From Thalassotalea sp. (GTDB lineage: Bacteria > Pseudomonadota > Gammaproteobacteria > Enterobacterales > Alteromonadaceae): 64,000 nucleotides of DNA. Below, piece after piece: positions 30,627 through 42,927 of this stretch (position 1 is its first letter; each line of letters starts with the position of its first letter). The stretch lies in contig JAKVCY010000187.1 in assembly GCA_022448425.1 (NCBI GenBank), positions 127 through 64,126 of the forward strand. Reading direction: 5' to 3'. Under the pieces are notes generated by a model that worked only from the letters and a program-made list of their open reading frames with translations, ran no database searches and was not told the origin of the DNA. A program made the translations under genes and the position numbers.

Positions 30627-31280
30627 CTAAAACAAAGGGAATAATTCTTCCGGCGAATCAACTGAATGGTCAGCTTGCCACGATGAGCAAGCCTTTAGGT
30701 CTGCAATATAACCCCAGTTGGCAATAATTGAGTACATACCAGCAGCGTTTGCCGCTTCGATATCTCGTGGCGCGTCCCCGAGGTAAACACAGTCTTCAGG
30801 TGCAACGCCAATTTGTTTCGCCGCTTCTAATAACGGAGCAGGGTGCGGTTTTCTTTGTGGCAAAGAGTCGCCGCCGATTGTTGATTGACTACTGTTGAAT
30901 ATCGGAAAGAAAGGTAACAGTTTTAGTGTTAAATCGATTGGCTTATTTGTCACAATGCCCCAAGGGATATTGTGGGAAACCAAATAGCGAATGAGTTTTT
31001 CTATACCTTTGTAGGGTGTTGTATGGTCCGCTATGTTGTTATGGTAATAAGCTAAAAATTCAGCGCGCAATGTATCATAGTCGAAATCCTTAAGCCCTTG
31101 ACTAAAGCCAAGCTCTAATAAGCCTTTGGCTCCATCAGAGGCTATTGGACTGTAACGTTCTCTCGCTACTGTAGGTTGATTGTATTTTGTAAGTATGTAA
31201 TTGAGGGTTTCGCCCAAATCGTTAGCCGTATCGAGCAAGGTACCATCTAAGTCGAATAAGATGCCTTTGTACTTGTTCAT
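30627..31280 (-). CDS. HAD-family phosphatase (Gph/MupP-like)
   Basis: FDLDGTLLDT, VTNK, KPHP, GD..RDI; start at 31280 via TAATG overlap with ubiG. Confidence 0.87.
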   Translation of the reverse strand: MNKYKGILFDLDGTLLDTANDLGETLNYILTKYNQPTVARERYSPIASDGAKGLLELGFSQGLKDFDYDTLRAEFLAYYHNNIADHTTPYKGIEKLIRYLVSHNIPWGIVTNKPIDLTLKLLPFFPIFNSSQSTIGGDSLPQRKPHPAPLLEAAKQIGVAPEDCVYLGDAPRDIEAANAAGMYSIIANWGYIADLKACSSWQADHSVDSPEELFPLF

Positions 31281-31990
31281 TACAACACCTTTTGGCAACA
31301 CAAAATGTAATTAACATCTAAGCCTGGGCCTAGCTTGTGGTTGTCAGTTAATGGATTGTAATGAATGCCGGTCGCATCAATACACTTTAACCCCGCTGCT
31401 TCAGCCCAACTAATAAGATGAGAGGGGCGAATAAACTTGTCGTGATCGTGTGTGCCATCAGGTACCAATTTAAATAATTTCTCAGCCGCTAATATGGCCA
31501 GCAAGTATGCTTTGGTAGTTTTATTTAATGTTGAAAAGAATACGTAACCGCCGGGTTTTACCATACTAGAACATGCTTGGACTATAGATGAAGGGTCTGG
31601 CACGTGTTCGAGCATTTCCATACACGTAACAACATCGAAGCGAGCTGTGTTTACTGATGCCGTCTCTTCTGCAGTAATGCGTTGATAGTTGACTTCTACA
31701 CCTGACTCTAACGCATGGAGTTTAGCAACATTTAACGGCTCTTCGCCCATGTCAATGCCTGTGACTTTGGCACCTAATTTTGCGAGGCTTTCTGCTAAAA
31801 TACCGCCGCCGCAGCCTACATCGATAACTTCTTTACCAAATAATTCTTCCGCGTGTTGTAAGATAAACTGACGTCTCAACGGGTTGATTTGGTGAAGTGG
31901 TTTAAAGTCACCTGTTAGATCCCACCATTGGCTGGCCACTTTTTCAAATTTTGCGATTTCGTCCAAATTTACGTTGAGAGATTTTGTCAT
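31280..31990 (-). CDS. ubiG: Ubiquinone biosynthesis O-methyltransferase
   Basis: [35 protein letters not shown]. Confidence 0.96.
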   Translation of the reverse strand: MTKSLNVNLDEIAKFEKVASQWWDLTGDFKPLHQINPLRRQFILQHAEELFGKEVIDVGCGGGILAESLAKLGAKVTGIDMGEEPLNVAKLHALESGVEVNYQRITAEETASVNTARFDVVTCMEMLEHVPDPSSIVQACSSMVKPGGYVFFSTLNKTTKAYLLAILAAEKLFKLVPDGTHDHDKFIRPSHLISWAEAAGLKCIDATGIHYNPLTDNHKLGPGLDVNYILCCQKVL

Positions 31991-32080
31991 TGCGATAAGG
32001 TATTTAGAAATTATGGCGCTGATTCTAAACCAATCATGTGCTGAAACCTAGATAGAAAATAAAAATCCGAAGTAAAATCT

Positions 32081-33367
32081 ATGTCAGAACCTCGTTTAAC
32101 CCGTGCCATTGGGCAGTTGGGTCTCGCCGCGTTAGCCATTAATGGTTTAATTGGTGCAGGCATTTATGCACTGCCAGCTGGAGCCGCAGAACTGAGCGGT
32201 AATTTCAGCCCGTGGGCATTTGTTATTTGCGCACTATTAATGTCGCTAGTGGTAATGAGCTTTGCTCAATTGTCTCTAGGCTTTTCAGGTACAGGCGGGC
32301 CAGTTGCTTATACTGAAAAAGCGTTTGGTGACCACGTTGCCTTCCAAACAACTTGGCTATTATATGTTGGTCGACTGACAGCTCTGGCCGCCAATACCAA
32401 CGCTATTGTCCTCTATATAAGCTTTTTTATTCCAGCCATATCCGATGGCGTATTAAATGGTTTAGCGTTGACTAGCGTATTACTTATAATCCTCGCAATA
32501 AACTTGTTTGCAGTAGATAAGGCAATGTCAGTCATTAATGGCATTACATTATTGAAGTTATTGCCTTTAGTCGCTTTTGTTGTTGTCGGGGTTAGCTATA
32601 TCGATGTGCCAAAGATGTTGTCTATTGATACACAAGCATTTACCGATATTGATAAAACTTTGCTTCTGCTGGTTTATGCATATATTGGCTTTGAGGGAGC
32701 AGTGGTTCCTGCTGGTGAAAGTAAGAACCCTAAACGGGAAATCGCCAAAGCGTTGATAGGCACTCTATTAGTCACCGCGATTTTATACTTTCTTATTCAG
32801 AGTATTAGTATTTCTATTTTGCCAAATATGGCGAATAGTAAAGCACCAATTGCTGATGCCGCATCAGTCATGATTGGCGGAATAGGCGCTACAATCATTT
32901 CAATTGCTGCAATAGTGTCGATTGCGGGTAACTTATCAACGGTAGTATTTACAGCACCACGCATGACATTTGCGCTCGCGAATCAAGGAAGCTTGCCCAC
33001 CTGGTTTGGCAAAATATCGTCTAGTAGTAAAGTGCCAACTCACTCGATTGTGTTTTTTGTCACGTTAGCATTGATATTAGCGGTTACAGGTAGCTTTGTA
33101 TGGTTAGCGATTGTTAGTTCGCTTGCTCGTTTAATAGGCTTTTTTATTACGATTGCAGCGCTGATTAAATTAAAACAAGAGTTTGTTACTGAAAATCGCT
33201 GGCTATTGCCACTAGGTATCACTATACCAGTTTTGGCACTTATTGTTTGCTTATGGTTAGCGTTTACCGCCTCATGGACATCGTGGTTAATGACTATACT
33301 CTTTATGATATTTGGCAGCGTGATGTACAAGTTGGTAAGCAAACGACAAGCTAGTTTGCAGTGCTAA
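32081..33367 (+). CDS. APC-family amino acid permease
   Basis: IGAGI, GGP..Y, AYIGFE, GESKNP; about 12 TM. Confidence 0.9.
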   Translation: MSEPRLTRAIGQLGLAALAINGLIGAGIYALPAGAAELSGNFSPWAFVICALLMSLVVMSFAQLSLGFSGTGGPVAYTEKAFGDHVAFQTTWLLYVGRLTALAANTNAIVLYISFFIPAISDGVLNGLALTSVLLIILAINLFAVDKAMSVINGITLLKLLPLVAFVVVGVSYIDVPKMLSIDTQAFTDIDKTLLLLVYAYIGFEGAVVPAGESKNPKREIAKALIGTLLVTAILYFLIQSISISILPNMANSKAPIADAASVMIGGIGATIISIAAIVSIAGNLSTVVFTAPRMTFALANQGSLPTWFGKISSSSKVPTHSIVFFVTLALILAVTGSFVWLAIVSSLARLIGFFITIAALIKLKQEFVTENRWLLPLGITIPVLALIVCLWLAFTASWTSWLMTILFMIFGSVMYKLVSKRQASLQC

Positions 33368-33445
33368 TGCTCATCGGCAAAGTTGATTTTGGGCAGCTGA
33401 CTCGGTAGATTGTCTGTTACTTAACTGACAAGATGTAAGATAAAC

Positions 33446-33991
33446 ATGAAAAATATAATAGAGCAGTTATCTAATTACAAAAGCGTTCACTTAAATAAAA
33501 GTAACATCAAAACTCATTTTGTAGGCATTCCGGCGATCATTTGGTCGGTTGCTTTGTTACTAAGCTTAGTGCAATTTGATTTCACGATTGCTGGCAATGA
33601 GGTAACGCTAAGTCTTTGCGTCATCATTTCTGTTTTAGTACTTTGCTATTATTTAGTGCTACACGTGCCACTAGCAATTATGCTTGCCGTAATATTTGGC
33701 CCGCTAATATATAGTGCTGGTTTATTCGTTGACTTTGAATACCCAGTACTTCTTGCTATTGGTGTGTTTGTTGTGGGGTGGGTGTTTCAATTTATTGGTC
33801 ATGCCTACGAGAAAGCAAAACCTGCCTTTGTTGATGATTTAATGCAATTATTGATTGGTCCGCTATTTTTGATTGCAGAGATTTACTTTGCATTAGGCCT
33901 GAATAAATCGCTTGAATCGCAAGTACACGAAAAGGCGGTTGAGAAGCGCAAGCTGTTTGAGCAAGCGAAGCGTCAAGAACAAGCCGCTTAA
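33446..33991 (+). CDS. Mpo1/DUF962-family membrane protein
   Basis: Y..VH....N..TH.VG.P and QFIGH..E..KPA. Confidence 0.85.
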   Translation: MKNIIEQLSNYKSVHLNKSNIKTHFVGIPAIIWSVALLLSLVQFDFTIAGNEVTLSLCVIISVLVLCYYLVLHVPLAIMLAVIFGPLIYSAGLFVDFEYPVLLAIGVFVVGWVFQFIGHAYEKAKPAFVDDLMQLLIGPLFLIAEIYFALGLNKSLESQVHEKAVEKRKLFEQAKRQEQAA

Positions 33992-34034
33992 GGTTGCGTT
34001 TATGTCACAGGGTTAGGGACAACAATATCTAAAT

Positions 34035-34073
34035 AAAAAAGGCCAGTTAACGTCGAGTTAACTGGCCTTTTTT
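34035..34073. terminator. Bidirectional Rho-independent terminator
   Basis: AAAAAAGGCCAGTTAAC-gtcga-GTTAACTGGCCTTTTTT. Confidence 0.9.
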
Positions 34074-34213
34074 AATGGTTAATCGTTCATATTTGAAGCA
34101 ACAATTCCAGTAGTTGAAACGCTTGATTTTTGAGCGTTATCTAGCGCTTGATAAACCTTGGAGAAGTATGCAGAATGGGGCTGTAAAAAGCGGTATGGCA
34201 TCCCCAAAAGTTG

Positions 34214-34222
34214 TGGTACTAT
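34214..34222 (+). promoter_or_regulatory. Putative extended -10 of gyrA
   Basis: TGgTACTAT about 60 nt before the start codon; no clear -35. Confidence 0.45.
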
Positions 34223-34283
34223 GCAGGGCTTAATTAAAATAATAATTTCGAAATTTTTGTAGAAATAGGGATACCAGCGATTT

Positions 34284-36983
34284 ATGTCCGATCTGGCAAA
34301 AGAAATACTCCCCGTCAATATTGAAGACGAGTTAAAAAACTCGTACTTAGATTACGCTATGAGCGTGATTGTCGGTCGTGCATTACCTGATGTACGCGAC
34401 GGATTAAAACCAGTACATAGACGTGTATTGTACGCGATGAACGTACTGGGCAATGACTATAACAAACCATACAAAAAATCAGCTCGTGTAGTTGGTGACG
34501 TTATCGGTAAATACCACCCGCACGGTGATACAGCTGTTTACGATACAATCGTTCGTCTAGCGCAAGACTTTTCTATGCGTTACATGTTGGTTGATGGTCA
34601 AGGTAACTTCGGCTCGGTAGACGGCGATTCAGCTGCTGCGATGCGTTATACCGAAATTCGAATGAATAAGATCTCTCACTCGATCCTTGCTGATTTAGAG
34701 AAAGAGACGGTCGACTTTGTGCCAAACTATGACGGCACAGAACAAATTCCAGAAGTTATGCCAACACGCATTCCTAACTTATTAGTGAATGGTACCTCAG
34801 GTATTGCTGTTGGTATGGCAACAAATATTCCTCCTCATAACTTAACAGAAGTGATCAATGGTTGTTTAGCGTTAATTGACAACGATGAGTTAACGATTGA
34901 TGAGTTGATGGAATACATCCCTGGCCCTGATTTCCCGACAGCAGGTATTATCAGTGGTAAAGCGGGTATTGTTGAAGCTTATAAAACAGGTCGCGGTAAA
35001 ATTAAGATCCGTGCCCGTGCTGAAATCGAAGTAGACGATAACTCTGGTAAAGAAACCATTGTTGTTCACGAGTTACCATACCAGGTGAACAAAGCCCGTC
35101 TTATCGAGAAGATGGCAGAATTGGTTAAAGAAAAACGCTTAGAAGGTATTTCTGCCTTACGTGATGAGTCTGACAAGGACGGCATGCGTATGGTTATCGA
35201 AGTTAAGCGTGGTGACGTTGGTGAGGTTGTACTTAATAACCTATATAAATTAACGCAAATGCAAGTGTCTTTCGGTCTGAACATGGTTGCCTTAACAGAA
35301 GGTCAACCTAAGCTATTCAACCTGAAAGAAATGCTTGAATCTTTCTTACTTCACCGTCGAGAAGTAGTAACACGCCGTACAATTTTCGAATTACGTAAAG
35401 CACGTGACCGTGCGCACATCTTAGAAGGTTTATCGATTGCGCTTGCTAATATCGATCCAGTTATCGAGCTAGTGAAGAGTTCATCAAACCGTAAAGATGC
35501 TGAAGAGAAGTTAGTGGCACAAGGCTGGGCTTTGGGCAATGTTGCAAGCATGCTGGAAGCAGCGGGTTCAGACGCAGCACGTCCAGAGTGGTTGGAACCA
35601 CAGTACGGTATTCGTGATGGCTTATATTATCTAACGCCTGAACAAGCGAAAGCTATTGTTGACTTACAGTTATACAAGCTTTCAGGCATGGAACACGAAA
35701 AGATTCTAAAAGAGTACAAAGAGTTATTAGACTTAATTGCAGAACTTTTGCACATTCTAAACTCGCCAGTTCGTTTGATGGAAGTAATCAAAGAAGAGCT
35801 TGAATTAATTCGTGATGAATTTGGTGATGAGCGCCGTACAGAGATTACAAATGCCTCGCATGACATCTCGTTAGAAGACTTAATTAACGAAGAAGATGTA
35901 GTAGTAACGCTTTCTCACGAAGGTTACGTTAAATACCAAGCGTTATCAGATTACGAAGCACAGCGCCGTGGTGGTAAGGGTAAAGCAGCGACTAAAATGA
36001 AGGAAGAAGACTTCATTGAACGCTTACTTGTTGCCAATACTCACGATACGATTTTGTGTTTCTCAAACCGTGGTAAGTTGTACTGGTTAAAAGTTTATCA
36101 ACTGCCGCTAGCGAGTCGTACCGCGCGTGGTCGTCCTATTGTTAACTTATTACCACTTGAGAGTGATGAGCGTATTACTGCAATTCTTCCTGTACGTGAG
36201 TACGAAGAAGACAAGTACATCATTATGGCGACAGCTTCAGGTACAGTTAAGAAAACGCCACTGACAGCATATTCTAACCAACGTGCTAACGGTATTATTG
36301 CGTTGAACTTACGCGATGACGATACGCTAATTGGTGTTGATATTACCAACGGTGAAAATGACATTATGTTGTTCTCAGATGAAGGTAAAGTGGTTCGTTT
36401 TAATGAGAAACAGCGCGACAGTGAAACTGGTGAAGTAAAACGTGACCCTGAAACTGGTGAAGAGTTACTTGCACTTCGTCCGATGGGACGTACAGCAACT
36501 GGTGTTCGTGGTATAAACTTAGAAGACGGTCAGAAAGTAGTGTCTCTAATTGTGCCGAAGAATGAAGGCGCAATCCTAACTGTGACCGAAAATGGTTATG
36601 GTAAGCGTACAGCTATTGAAGAGTACCCAGCGAAGAGTCGTGCAACCAAAGGTGTTGTATCAATCAAAGTGAGTGAGCGTAACGGTAAAGTTGTTGGCGC
36701 TGTTCAAGTTGAAGATAACGACGAAATTATGATGATCACAGATAACGGCACGTTAGTACGAACACGCGTTAACGAAGTGAGCGTCATTGGTCGTAACACT
36801 CAAGGTGTGAGATTGATTCGCACCGCTGAAGACGAACATGTAGTTGCGTTGCAGCGGATTGATGAGATTGAAGAGGCCGAAGACTTTATTGAAGGTGAAG
36901 TTGAGGTTGCAGAAGGTGCTAGTGAAGCGCCAGCAGAAAGTGCAGAGCTCAACTCAGATTCATCATCGGAGTCTGAAGAGTAA
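34284..36983 (+). CDS. gyrA: DNA gyrase subunit A
   Basis: [25 protein letters not shown], GyrA box QRRGGKG, beta-pinwheel repeats, acidic tail. Confidence 0.99.
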   Translation: MSDLAKEILPVNIEDELKNSYLDYAMSVIVGRALPDVRDGLKPVHRRVLYAMNVLGNDYNKPYKKSARVVGDVIGKYHPHGDTAVYDTIVRLAQDFSMRYMLVDGQGNFGSVDGDSAAAMRYTEIRMNKISHSILADLEKETVDFVPNYDGTEQIPEVMPTRIPNLLVNGTSGIAVGMATNIPPHNLTEVINGCLALIDNDELTIDELMEYIPGPDFPTAGIISGKAGIVEAYKTGRGKIKIRARAEIEVDDNSGKETIVVHELPYQVNKARLIEKMAELVKEKRLEGISALRDESDKDGMRMVIEVKRGDVGEVVLNNLYKLTQMQVSFGLNMVALTEGQPKLFNLKEMLESFLLHRREVVTRRTIFELRKARDRAHILEGLSIALANIDPVIELVKSSSNRKDAEEKLVAQGWALGNVASMLEAAGSDAARPEWLEPQYGIRDGLYYLTPEQAKAIVDLQLYKLSGMEHEKILKEYKELLDLIAELLHILNSPVRLMEVIKEELELIRDEFGDERRTEITNASHDISLEDLINEEDVVVTLSHEGYVKYQALSDYEAQRRGGKGKAATKMKEEDFIERLLVANTHDTILCFSNRGKLYWLKVYQLPLASRTARGRPIVNLLPLESDERITAILPVREYEEDKYIIMATASGTVKKTPLTAYSNQRANGIIALNLRDDDTLIGVDITNGENDIMLFSDEGKVVRFNEKQRDSETGEVKRDPETGEELLALRPMGRTATGVRGINLEDGQKVVSLIVPKNEGAILTVTENGYGKRTAIEEYPAKSRATKGVVSIKVSERNGKVVGAVQVEDNDEIMMITDNGTLVRTRVNEVSVIGRNTQGVRLIRTAEDEHVVALQRIDEIEEAEDFIEGEVEVAEGASEAPAESAELNSDSSSESEE

Positions 36984-37001
36984 CGCCTTTTAGAAGAAAA
37001 C

Positions 37002-37031
37002 AAAAAAGGGCGGTTAACCGCCCTTTTTTTT
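37002..37031. terminator. Rho-independent terminator after gyrA
   Basis: AAAAAAGGGCGGTTAACCGCCCTTTTTTTT. Confidence 0.9.
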
Positions 37032-37104
37032 CGCTAAATTTAGCGATAGTGATTTTTAGTAAATTCAAAAACCGTATTAAATCTTTATAAAGAAGGAAAA
37101 GAAA

Positions 37105-38199
37105 ATGTCTGCACCGTTTAACTTTTGTGCTGGTCCTGCAATGCTGCCAGTAGATGTCATGAAGAAAGCTCAAGCGGAATTTTTAAACTGGCAAGACAAT
37201 GGCTGTTCAGTCATGGAAATGAGTCATCGCAGCCAGCCTTTTATTGCGTTAGCGAAAAAAGCAGAAGCAGAACTTCGTCAATTAATGACAATTCCTGAAA
37301 ACTATAAAGTGTTATTTATGCACGGTGGCGGTCGAGGCCAGTTTTCTGCTGTACCGTTAAATCTATTGTCGTTAGAAGGTAAAGCTGATTATTTAGTGTC
37401 GGGTTCTTGGTCAAAAGCTGCTGCAAAAGAGGCAAAGAATTTCGGTAACGTCAACGTTATTGATATCGTAGAGAACGAAGGTGGAGAAAAGCGTGTTATG
37501 GCAAATAACACATGGGCACTAAGCGAAGATGCTGAATATGTTCACTATTGTCCAAACGAAACTGTCGATGGCATCGAAATGTTTGATGTACCCAATGTGG
37601 GTGATGTGCCACTTGTGGCAGATATGTCCTCGACAATTTTATCGCACAAAATCGATGTTACGAAATTTGGTGTTATTTACGCCGGTGCACAAAAAAATAT
37701 TGGTCCGTCTGGGTTAACTATTGTCATCATTCGTGATGATTTGTTAGGGAAAGCTAGAAAAGAAACACCGTGTATTTTGAATTATACGTTCGCCGCCGAA
37801 AACGGTTCTATGTATAACACACCGCCTACATTTGCTTGGTACTTAGCCGGCTTAGTGTTTGAGTGGTTGTTAGCACAAGGTGGTGTATCGGCGATTGAAG
37901 CAGTAAACCAAGTAAAGGCTGATAAGCTTTATGCTTGTATTGATGGTAGTGACTTCTACCTTAATGACATTAACGAGATTAATCGTTCTCGCATGAATGT
38001 CCCATTTTGGTTGAAAGACGAATCGTTGAATGATGCGTTTTTGGCTGAAGCAAACCAAGCGGGCCTTTTAGCGCTGGAAGGTCACCGCAGTGTCGGCGGT
38101 ATGCGAGCAAGTATTTATAATGCTATGCCGCTAGAGGGGGTCGATGCACTTATCGCTTTTATGAACGCATTCGCTGAGCGTCATAAAACAAATAATTAG
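37105..38199 (+). CDS. serC: Phosphoserine aminotransferase
   Basis: [43 protein letters not shown]. Confidence 0.98.
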   Translation: MSAPFNFCAGPAMLPVDVMKKAQAEFLNWQDNGCSVMEMSHRSQPFIALAKKAEAELRQLMTIPENYKVLFMHGGGRGQFSAVPLNLLSLEGKADYLVSGSWSKAAAKEAKNFGNVNVIDIVENEGGEKRVMANNTWALSEDAEYVHYCPNETVDGIEMFDVPNVGDVPLVADMSSTILSHKIDVTKFGVIYAGAQKNIGPSGLTIVIIRDDLLGKARKETPCILNYTFAAENGSMYNTPPTFAWYLAGLVFEWLLAQGGVSAIEAVNQVKADKLYACIDGSDFYLNDINEINRSRMNVPFWLKDESLNDAFLAEANQAGLLALEGHRSVGGMRASIYNAMPLEGVDALIAFMNAFAERHKTNN

Positions 38200-38266
38200 A
38201 AATAGAAGGAAATCGAAATGTCTTTAATGAAAACAAGTGTGCAAAAGCACCTGGAGGTTAACTGAA

Positions 38267-39559
38267 GTGGAACAGTTAACATTACAACCAATTGAAAAGA
38301 TTAATGGTGAAGTATTTTTACCAGGTTCAAAAAGTTTATCGAATCGCGCACTGCTTATTGCGGCGCTAGCGAAAGGTACGACAAAAATTACAAACCTTTT
38401 AGTGAGCGATGACATTAAGCATATGCTCAACGCGTTGACTAGCTTAGGTATTGATTACACGTTAAGCGAGTGTGGAACTGAATGTACCGTGGTTGGTAAT
38501 AGTGGTTTCTTCAAGCAAACTGACGTTGGTGCACCAGTTGAGTTATATCTTGGTAATGCAGGTACCGCAATGCGACCACTTTGTGCAGCCTTAGCGGCGA
38601 GTGAAGGCGAGTTTATCTTAACTGGTGAGCCTCGCATGAAAGAGCGTCCTATTGGGCATTTAGTCGACGCACTTGCTCAGCTTAATGCAAACGTAGAATA
38701 TGTTGAAAACAAAGATTACCCACCAGTAAAAATCAACGGTAAAACCTTAGGTGGAGAGCGAGTAACCATTGATGGGTCAATCTCTAGCCAGTTTTTGACC
38801 GCTATTTTGATGATTGCTCCACTATTACCAACAGATACCGAAATTGTTATTGAAGGTGAGTTGGTTTCTAAACCATACATCGACATTACGCTCGATATTA
38901 TGGAGAAATTTGGTGTAACGGTTGAAAACAAACAATACCAGTCGTTCTATGTGAAAGGACAGCAGAGCTATCAGGGTAGAGAACGCTATATGGTTGAAGG
39001 TGATGCGTCATCTGCATCTTACTTCCTTGCTGCCGGTGCAATTAAAGGTGGTGAAATTACCGTACATGGTGTTGGCTTATCGAGTGTACAGGGTGATAAG
39101 CACTTCGCAGATGTTCTGGAGAAAATGGGCGCTGAAGTTATTTGGCAAGAAGAGTCAATCACGGTAAAGGGAAAGCCATTGAAGGCGGTAGACATGGATA
39201 TGAATCATATCCCAGATGCCGCAATGACAATTGCGACAGCAGCATTGTTTGCTGAGGGCACGACTAGTATTCGTAATATCTACAACTGGCGCGTGAAAGA
39301 AACTGATCGTCTATCTGCTATGGCCACAGAACTAAGAAAAGTAGGTGCAACAGTGGACGAAGGTGAAGACTATATTACAGTGACACCGCCAGCTTCCCCA
39401 GTTCATGCTGATATAGACACCTATAATGACCACCGAATCGCCATGTGTTTTTCATTAGTAGCATTGAGTGACACACCCGTAACAATAAATGATCCTAAAT
39501 GTACCGCAAAAACCTTCCCTGACTATTTCGATAAGTTAGCACAAGTATCTTGTTCATAA
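38267..39559 (+). CDS. aroA: EPSP synthase
   Basis: [33 protein letters not shown]; GTG 38267 follows GGAGG (the ORF track start 38237 is probably too early). Confidence 0.97.
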   Translation: MEQLTLQPIEKINGEVFLPGSKSLSNRALLIAALAKGTTKITNLLVSDDIKHMLNALTSLGIDYTLSECGTECTVVGNSGFFKQTDVGAPVELYLGNAGTAMRPLCAALAASEGEFILTGEPRMKERPIGHLVDALAQLNANVEYVENKDYPPVKINGKTLGGERVTIDGSISSQFLTAILMIAPLLPTDTEIVIEGELVSKPYIDITLDIMEKFGVTVENKQYQSFYVKGQQSYQGRERYMVEGDASSASYFLAAGAIKGGEITVHGVGLSSVQGDKHFADVLEKMGAEVIWQEESITVKGKPLKAVDMDMNHIPDAAMTIATAALFAEGTTSIRNIYNWRVKETDRLSAMATELRKVGATVDEGEDYITVTPPASPVHADIDTYNDHRIAMCFSLVALSDTPVTINDPKCTAKTFPDYFDKLAQVSCS

Positions 39560-39790
39560 ACAAATAACTGTTTAAGCATCGACACTTTTTATTGTTGGGT
39601 CATCGAACTCTAGCGAATAAAAGTGTCGTAGCTCTATCCTCGGCATCACAAAAGAGCATCACAAAAAGCTCAGAGAATATGAACAAGTTATACAGATATT
39701 TACAAATTGTGAAAAAATAAATTTTTAAACGATTTTCGATAATATTTCCCGTATAATGCAGCCGATTTGCGACATTAGGAGAAAAAATGT

Positions 39791-40486
39791 ATGCAAGAAA
39801 GCATTCCCGTAATCACCATTGATGGCCCAAGTGGCGCAGGCAAGGGCACCGTCTCGCGACTAGTTGCAGACCAGTTAGGCTGGCAACTTTTAGATAGCGG
39901 CGCTATTTACCGTGTACTTGCTGTGGCTTTATTACATCACAACATTGAAGTTGAAGAAGAAGAACCGTTAATTCCAATTGCAGCTCATTTAGACGTGCAG
40001 TTTGAAATTACCAGTGACGGGGAAAGTAAAGTTATTCTCGAAGGCGAAGACGTTTCAAATAGTATTCGTACAGAAGAAGTTGGCGCTTTAGCGTCGAAAG
40101 TAGCAGCGTTTCCGCGTATTCGTGAAGCTTTATTGCGTCGTCAAAGAGCATTTCGTGTTGAACCGGGTTTAGTTGCAGACGGCCGAGATATGGGCACAGT
40201 CGTGTTTACTGATGCACCGGTAAAAGTGTTCTTAACAGCGAGCGCTGAAGAGCGCGCAGAGCGAAGATTTAAACAGTTGAAGGAAAAGGGCTTTGATGTT
40301 AGAATCGGGCGCCTTTTAGATGACATACGTCAACGTGATGAGCGTGATCAAAACCGAACGGTTGCTCCGCTTGTTCCGGCAGAAGGTGCGTTAATTATTG
40401 ATTCTACAAAGCTTTCTATACAGGAAGTGGTCAATAAAATCCTTTCGTTTACGAACGAAAAGCTAACGCAATTTGCAGATATTTAA
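39791..40486 (+). CDS. cmk: Cytidylate kinase
   Basis: [29 protein letters not shown]. Confidence 0.98.
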   Translation: MQESIPVITIDGPSGAGKGTVSRLVADQLGWQLLDSGAIYRVLAVALLHHNIEVEEEEPLIPIAAHLDVQFEITSDGESKVILEGEDVSNSIRTEEVGALASKVAAFPRIREALLRRQRAFRVEPGLVADGRDMGTVVFTDAPVKVFLTASAEERAERRFKQLKEKGFDVRIGRLLDDIRQRDERDQNRTVAPLVPAEGALIIDSTKLSIQEVVNKILSFTNEKLTQFADI

Positions 40487-40574
40487 ACCTTGAGTAAGGA
40501 TACGAAAGGTATTGTTAACAACCCCATGAAACATTGATGTTGATTGGATTACACAAATGAGTTTATACACAGGT
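40487..40574 (+). promoter_or_regulatory. rpsA 5' leader (likely S1 autoregulatory element)
   Basis: Contains TTAACAACCCCAT, resembling the enterobacterial rpsA leader as I recall it; lacks a strong SD. Confidence 0.5.
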
Positions 40575-42239
40575 ATGACTGAAAATTTTGCACAACTTTT
40601 TGAAGAAAGTTTAAAAGAGATCGAAACGCGCCCTGGTTCAATTATCAAGGGTACTGTTGTAAAAATCGAAAAAGACAACGTTATTGTTGACGCTGGTCTT
40701 AAGTCTGAGTCAGTAATTTCTATTGACCAATTCAAGAACTCTGCTGGTGAAGTAGAAATTGAAGTAGGTTCAGAAGTTGACGTAGCTTTAGATGCGACAG
40801 ACGATGGTTTCGGTGAAACTGTACTTTCTCGTGAAAAAGCAAAACGCCACGAAGCATGGCAAGTGCTTGAAAAAGCTTACGAAGAAAAAGAAACTGTTAT
40901 CGGTGTTATCAACGGTAAAGTTAAAGGTGGTTTCACTGTTGAAGTAAGCAACATTCGTGCATTCTTACCAGGCTCTCTAGTTGACGTACGTCCAGTTCGT
41001 GACACTGCGCACTTAGAAGGCAAAGATTTAGAATTCAAAGTTATTAAGCTTGACCAGAAGCGTAACAACGTTGTTGTTTCTCGCCGTGCTGTTATCGAAT
41101 CAGAAAGCAGCGTAGAACGTGACGAGTTACTAGAATCATTACAAGAAGGTCAAGAAGTTAAAGGTATCGTTAAGAACCTTACTGACTACGGTGCATTCGT
41201 AGACCTTGGTGGTATCGACGGTCTTCTTCACATCACTGACATGGCTTGGAAGCGTGTTAAGCACCCAAGTGAAATCGTTAACGTTGGTGATGAAATCCAA
41301 GTTAAAGTACTTAAGTTTGACCGTGAGCGTACTCGCGTATCATTAGGTATGAAGCAGTTAGGCGAGGACCCATGGGTAGCAATTGCTAACCGTTACCCAG
41401 AAGGTTCTAAGCTTTCTGGCCGCGTAACTAACTTAACAGACTACGGTTGTTTCGTTGAAATCCAAGAAGGCGTTGAAGGTCTTGTTCACGTTTCTGAAAT
41501 GGATTGGACTAACAAAAACATCCACCCATCTAAAGTTGTTAACTTAGGTGACACTGTTGAAGTATTAGTATTAGAGATTGACGAAGAACGTCGTCGTATT
41601 TCTCTAGGTCTTAAGCAGTGTGTTCCAAACCCTTGGGAAGAGTTCGCTAAGAACTTCAACAAAGGTGACAAAGTTAGCGGTAAGATCAAGTCAATCACTG
41701 ACTTCGGTATCTTCATCGGTCTTGACGGTGGCATCGACGGTCTTGTTCACTTATCTGACATTTCATGGAACGGCGGCGAAGAGGTTGTTCGTGAATACAA
41801 AAAAGGTGATGAGATCACAGCTGTTGTTCTTCAAGTTGACCCAGAGCGTGAGCGTATCTCTCTAGGTGTTAAGCAAGCTGAAGACGATCCTTTTAATATG
41901 TATCTGACAGATAACAAAAAAGGTGCTATTGTAAAAGGTAAAGTAGTTGAAGTTGACGCTAAAGGCGCTAAGATTGAATTAGCTGAAGGTGTTGAAGGCT
42001 ACCTACGTGTTTCTGACATTTCTCGTGACCGCATCGAAGATGCAACAACTGAATTGTCAGTTGGTGACGAAGTAGAAACTAAGTTCATGGGTGTTGATCG
42101 TAAGAACCGCACTATTAGCTTATCTATCAAAGCGAAAGATCAAGCTGAAGAGCGTCAAGCGATGGATAACTTGAACCAAGCAGACGATGCTGGTTTCTCT
42201 AACGCAATGGCAGAAGCATTCAAAAACGCTAAAGGTTAA
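40575..42239 (+). CDS. rpsA: 30S ribosomal protein S1
   Basis: [12 protein letters not shown] start; six S1 domains. Confidence 0.99.
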   Translation: MTENFAQLFEESLKEIETRPGSIIKGTVVKIEKDNVIVDAGLKSESVISIDQFKNSAGEVEIEVGSEVDVALDATDDGFGETVLSREKAKRHEAWQVLEKAYEEKETVIGVINGKVKGGFTVEVSNIRAFLPGSLVDVRPVRDTAHLEGKDLEFKVIKLDQKRNNVVVSRRAVIESESSVERDELLESLQEGQEVKGIVKNLTDYGAFVDLGGIDGLLHITDMAWKRVKHPSEIVNVGDEIQVKVLKFDRERTRVSLGMKQLGEDPWVAIANRYPEGSKLSGRVTNLTDYGCFVEIQEGVEGLVHVSEMDWTNKNIHPSKVVNLGDTVEVLVLEIDEERRRISLGLKQCVPNPWEEFAKNFNKGDKVSGKIKSITDFGIFIGLDGGIDGLVHLSDISWNGGEEVVREYKKGDEITAVVLQVDPERERISLGVKQAEDDPFNMYLTDNKKGAIVKGKVVEVDAKGAKIELAEGVEGYLRVSDISRDRIEDATTELSVGDEVETKFMGVDRKNRTISLSIKAKDQAEERQAMDNLNQADDAGFSNAMAEAFKNAKG

Positions 42240-42328
42240 TCACCTATAGTGCTTAAAGGTAAGGAGGCGATTCGCCTCCTTGATATAAACTGCATTAGCG
42301 ATACGCTTAATGACGACTCGGAGGTCTA

Positions 42329-42616
42329 ATGACTAAATCAGAGCTCATTGAAAAATTGGCAGAGAAATTAGCACATATACCTGCTAAAGACGTTGAATCT
42401 GCTATCAAAGAGATCCTTGAAATGATGGCTCAATCTTTATCTAAAGGTGAGCGAATTGAAATTAGAGGTTTTGGTAGTTTTTCCTTGCACTATCGCGCAC
42501 CTCGTACTGGACGTAATCCTAAAACAGGTGAAGCAGTTGAATTGAGTGGTAAATACGTACCACACTTTAAGCCTGGCAAAGAGTTGCGTGAACGTGTGAA
42601 CGCATCAATTGCTTAG
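42329..42616 (+). CDS. ihfB: Integration host factor beta
   Basis: [35 protein letters not shown]. Confidence 0.98.
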   Translation: MTKSELIEKLAEKLAHIPAKDVESAIKEILEMMAQSLSKGERIEIRGFGSFSLHYRAPRTGRNPKTGEAVELSGKYVPHFKPGKELRERVNASIA

Positions 42617-42631
42617 TTGCGAAATTCTTTT

Positions 42632-42664
42632 AAAAACGGCATGCTTTAGCATGCCGTTTTTTTT
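42632..42664 (+). terminator. Rho-independent terminator after ihfB
   Basis: AAAAACGGCATGC-ttta-GCATGCCGTTTTTTTT. Confidence 0.9.
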
Positions 42665-42688
42665 CATCAAAAATATCTGGAAATACTT

Positions 42689-42919
42689 TTGAAATTCTAT
42701 CTAACGCTTACTTTGATGGTTGTTTTACTGCTGATTGCATTTGTATTTGGCAGTCAGAATGAACAGGTTATTGCTTTAAATTATTTAATCGCTAAAGCTA
42801 ATATTTCAGTGGCGATGGCTGTAAGTATTTTTACGGTACTTGGCTTTCTGTTAGGTATTCTGTTTATGATTTTGCTGAAGCTATTTAAGCCAAGAAAGCA
42901 AAAAGCAGTAAAAGGTTAG
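42689..42919 (+). CDS. lapA: LPS assembly protein A
   Basis: Two TM helices, N...NYL motif, between ihfB and lapB; TTG start. Confidence 0.85.
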   Translation: MKFYLTLTLMVVLLLIAFVFGSQNEQVIALNYLIAKANISVAMAVSIFTVLGFLLGILFMILLKLFKPRKQKAVKG

Positions 42920-42927
42920 CGCACTTC

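Noticed and set aside
34500-34560. GyrA Thr at the position of E. coli Ser83 as quinolone resistance
   Set aside because: Thr is the wild-type residue in several gammaproteobacteria, e.g. Pseudomonas
42261-42281. AAGGAGGCGA-T-TCGCCTCCTT hairpin after rpsA as a terminator
   Set aside because: No U tract; more likely an mRNA-stabilising stem in rpsA-ihfB
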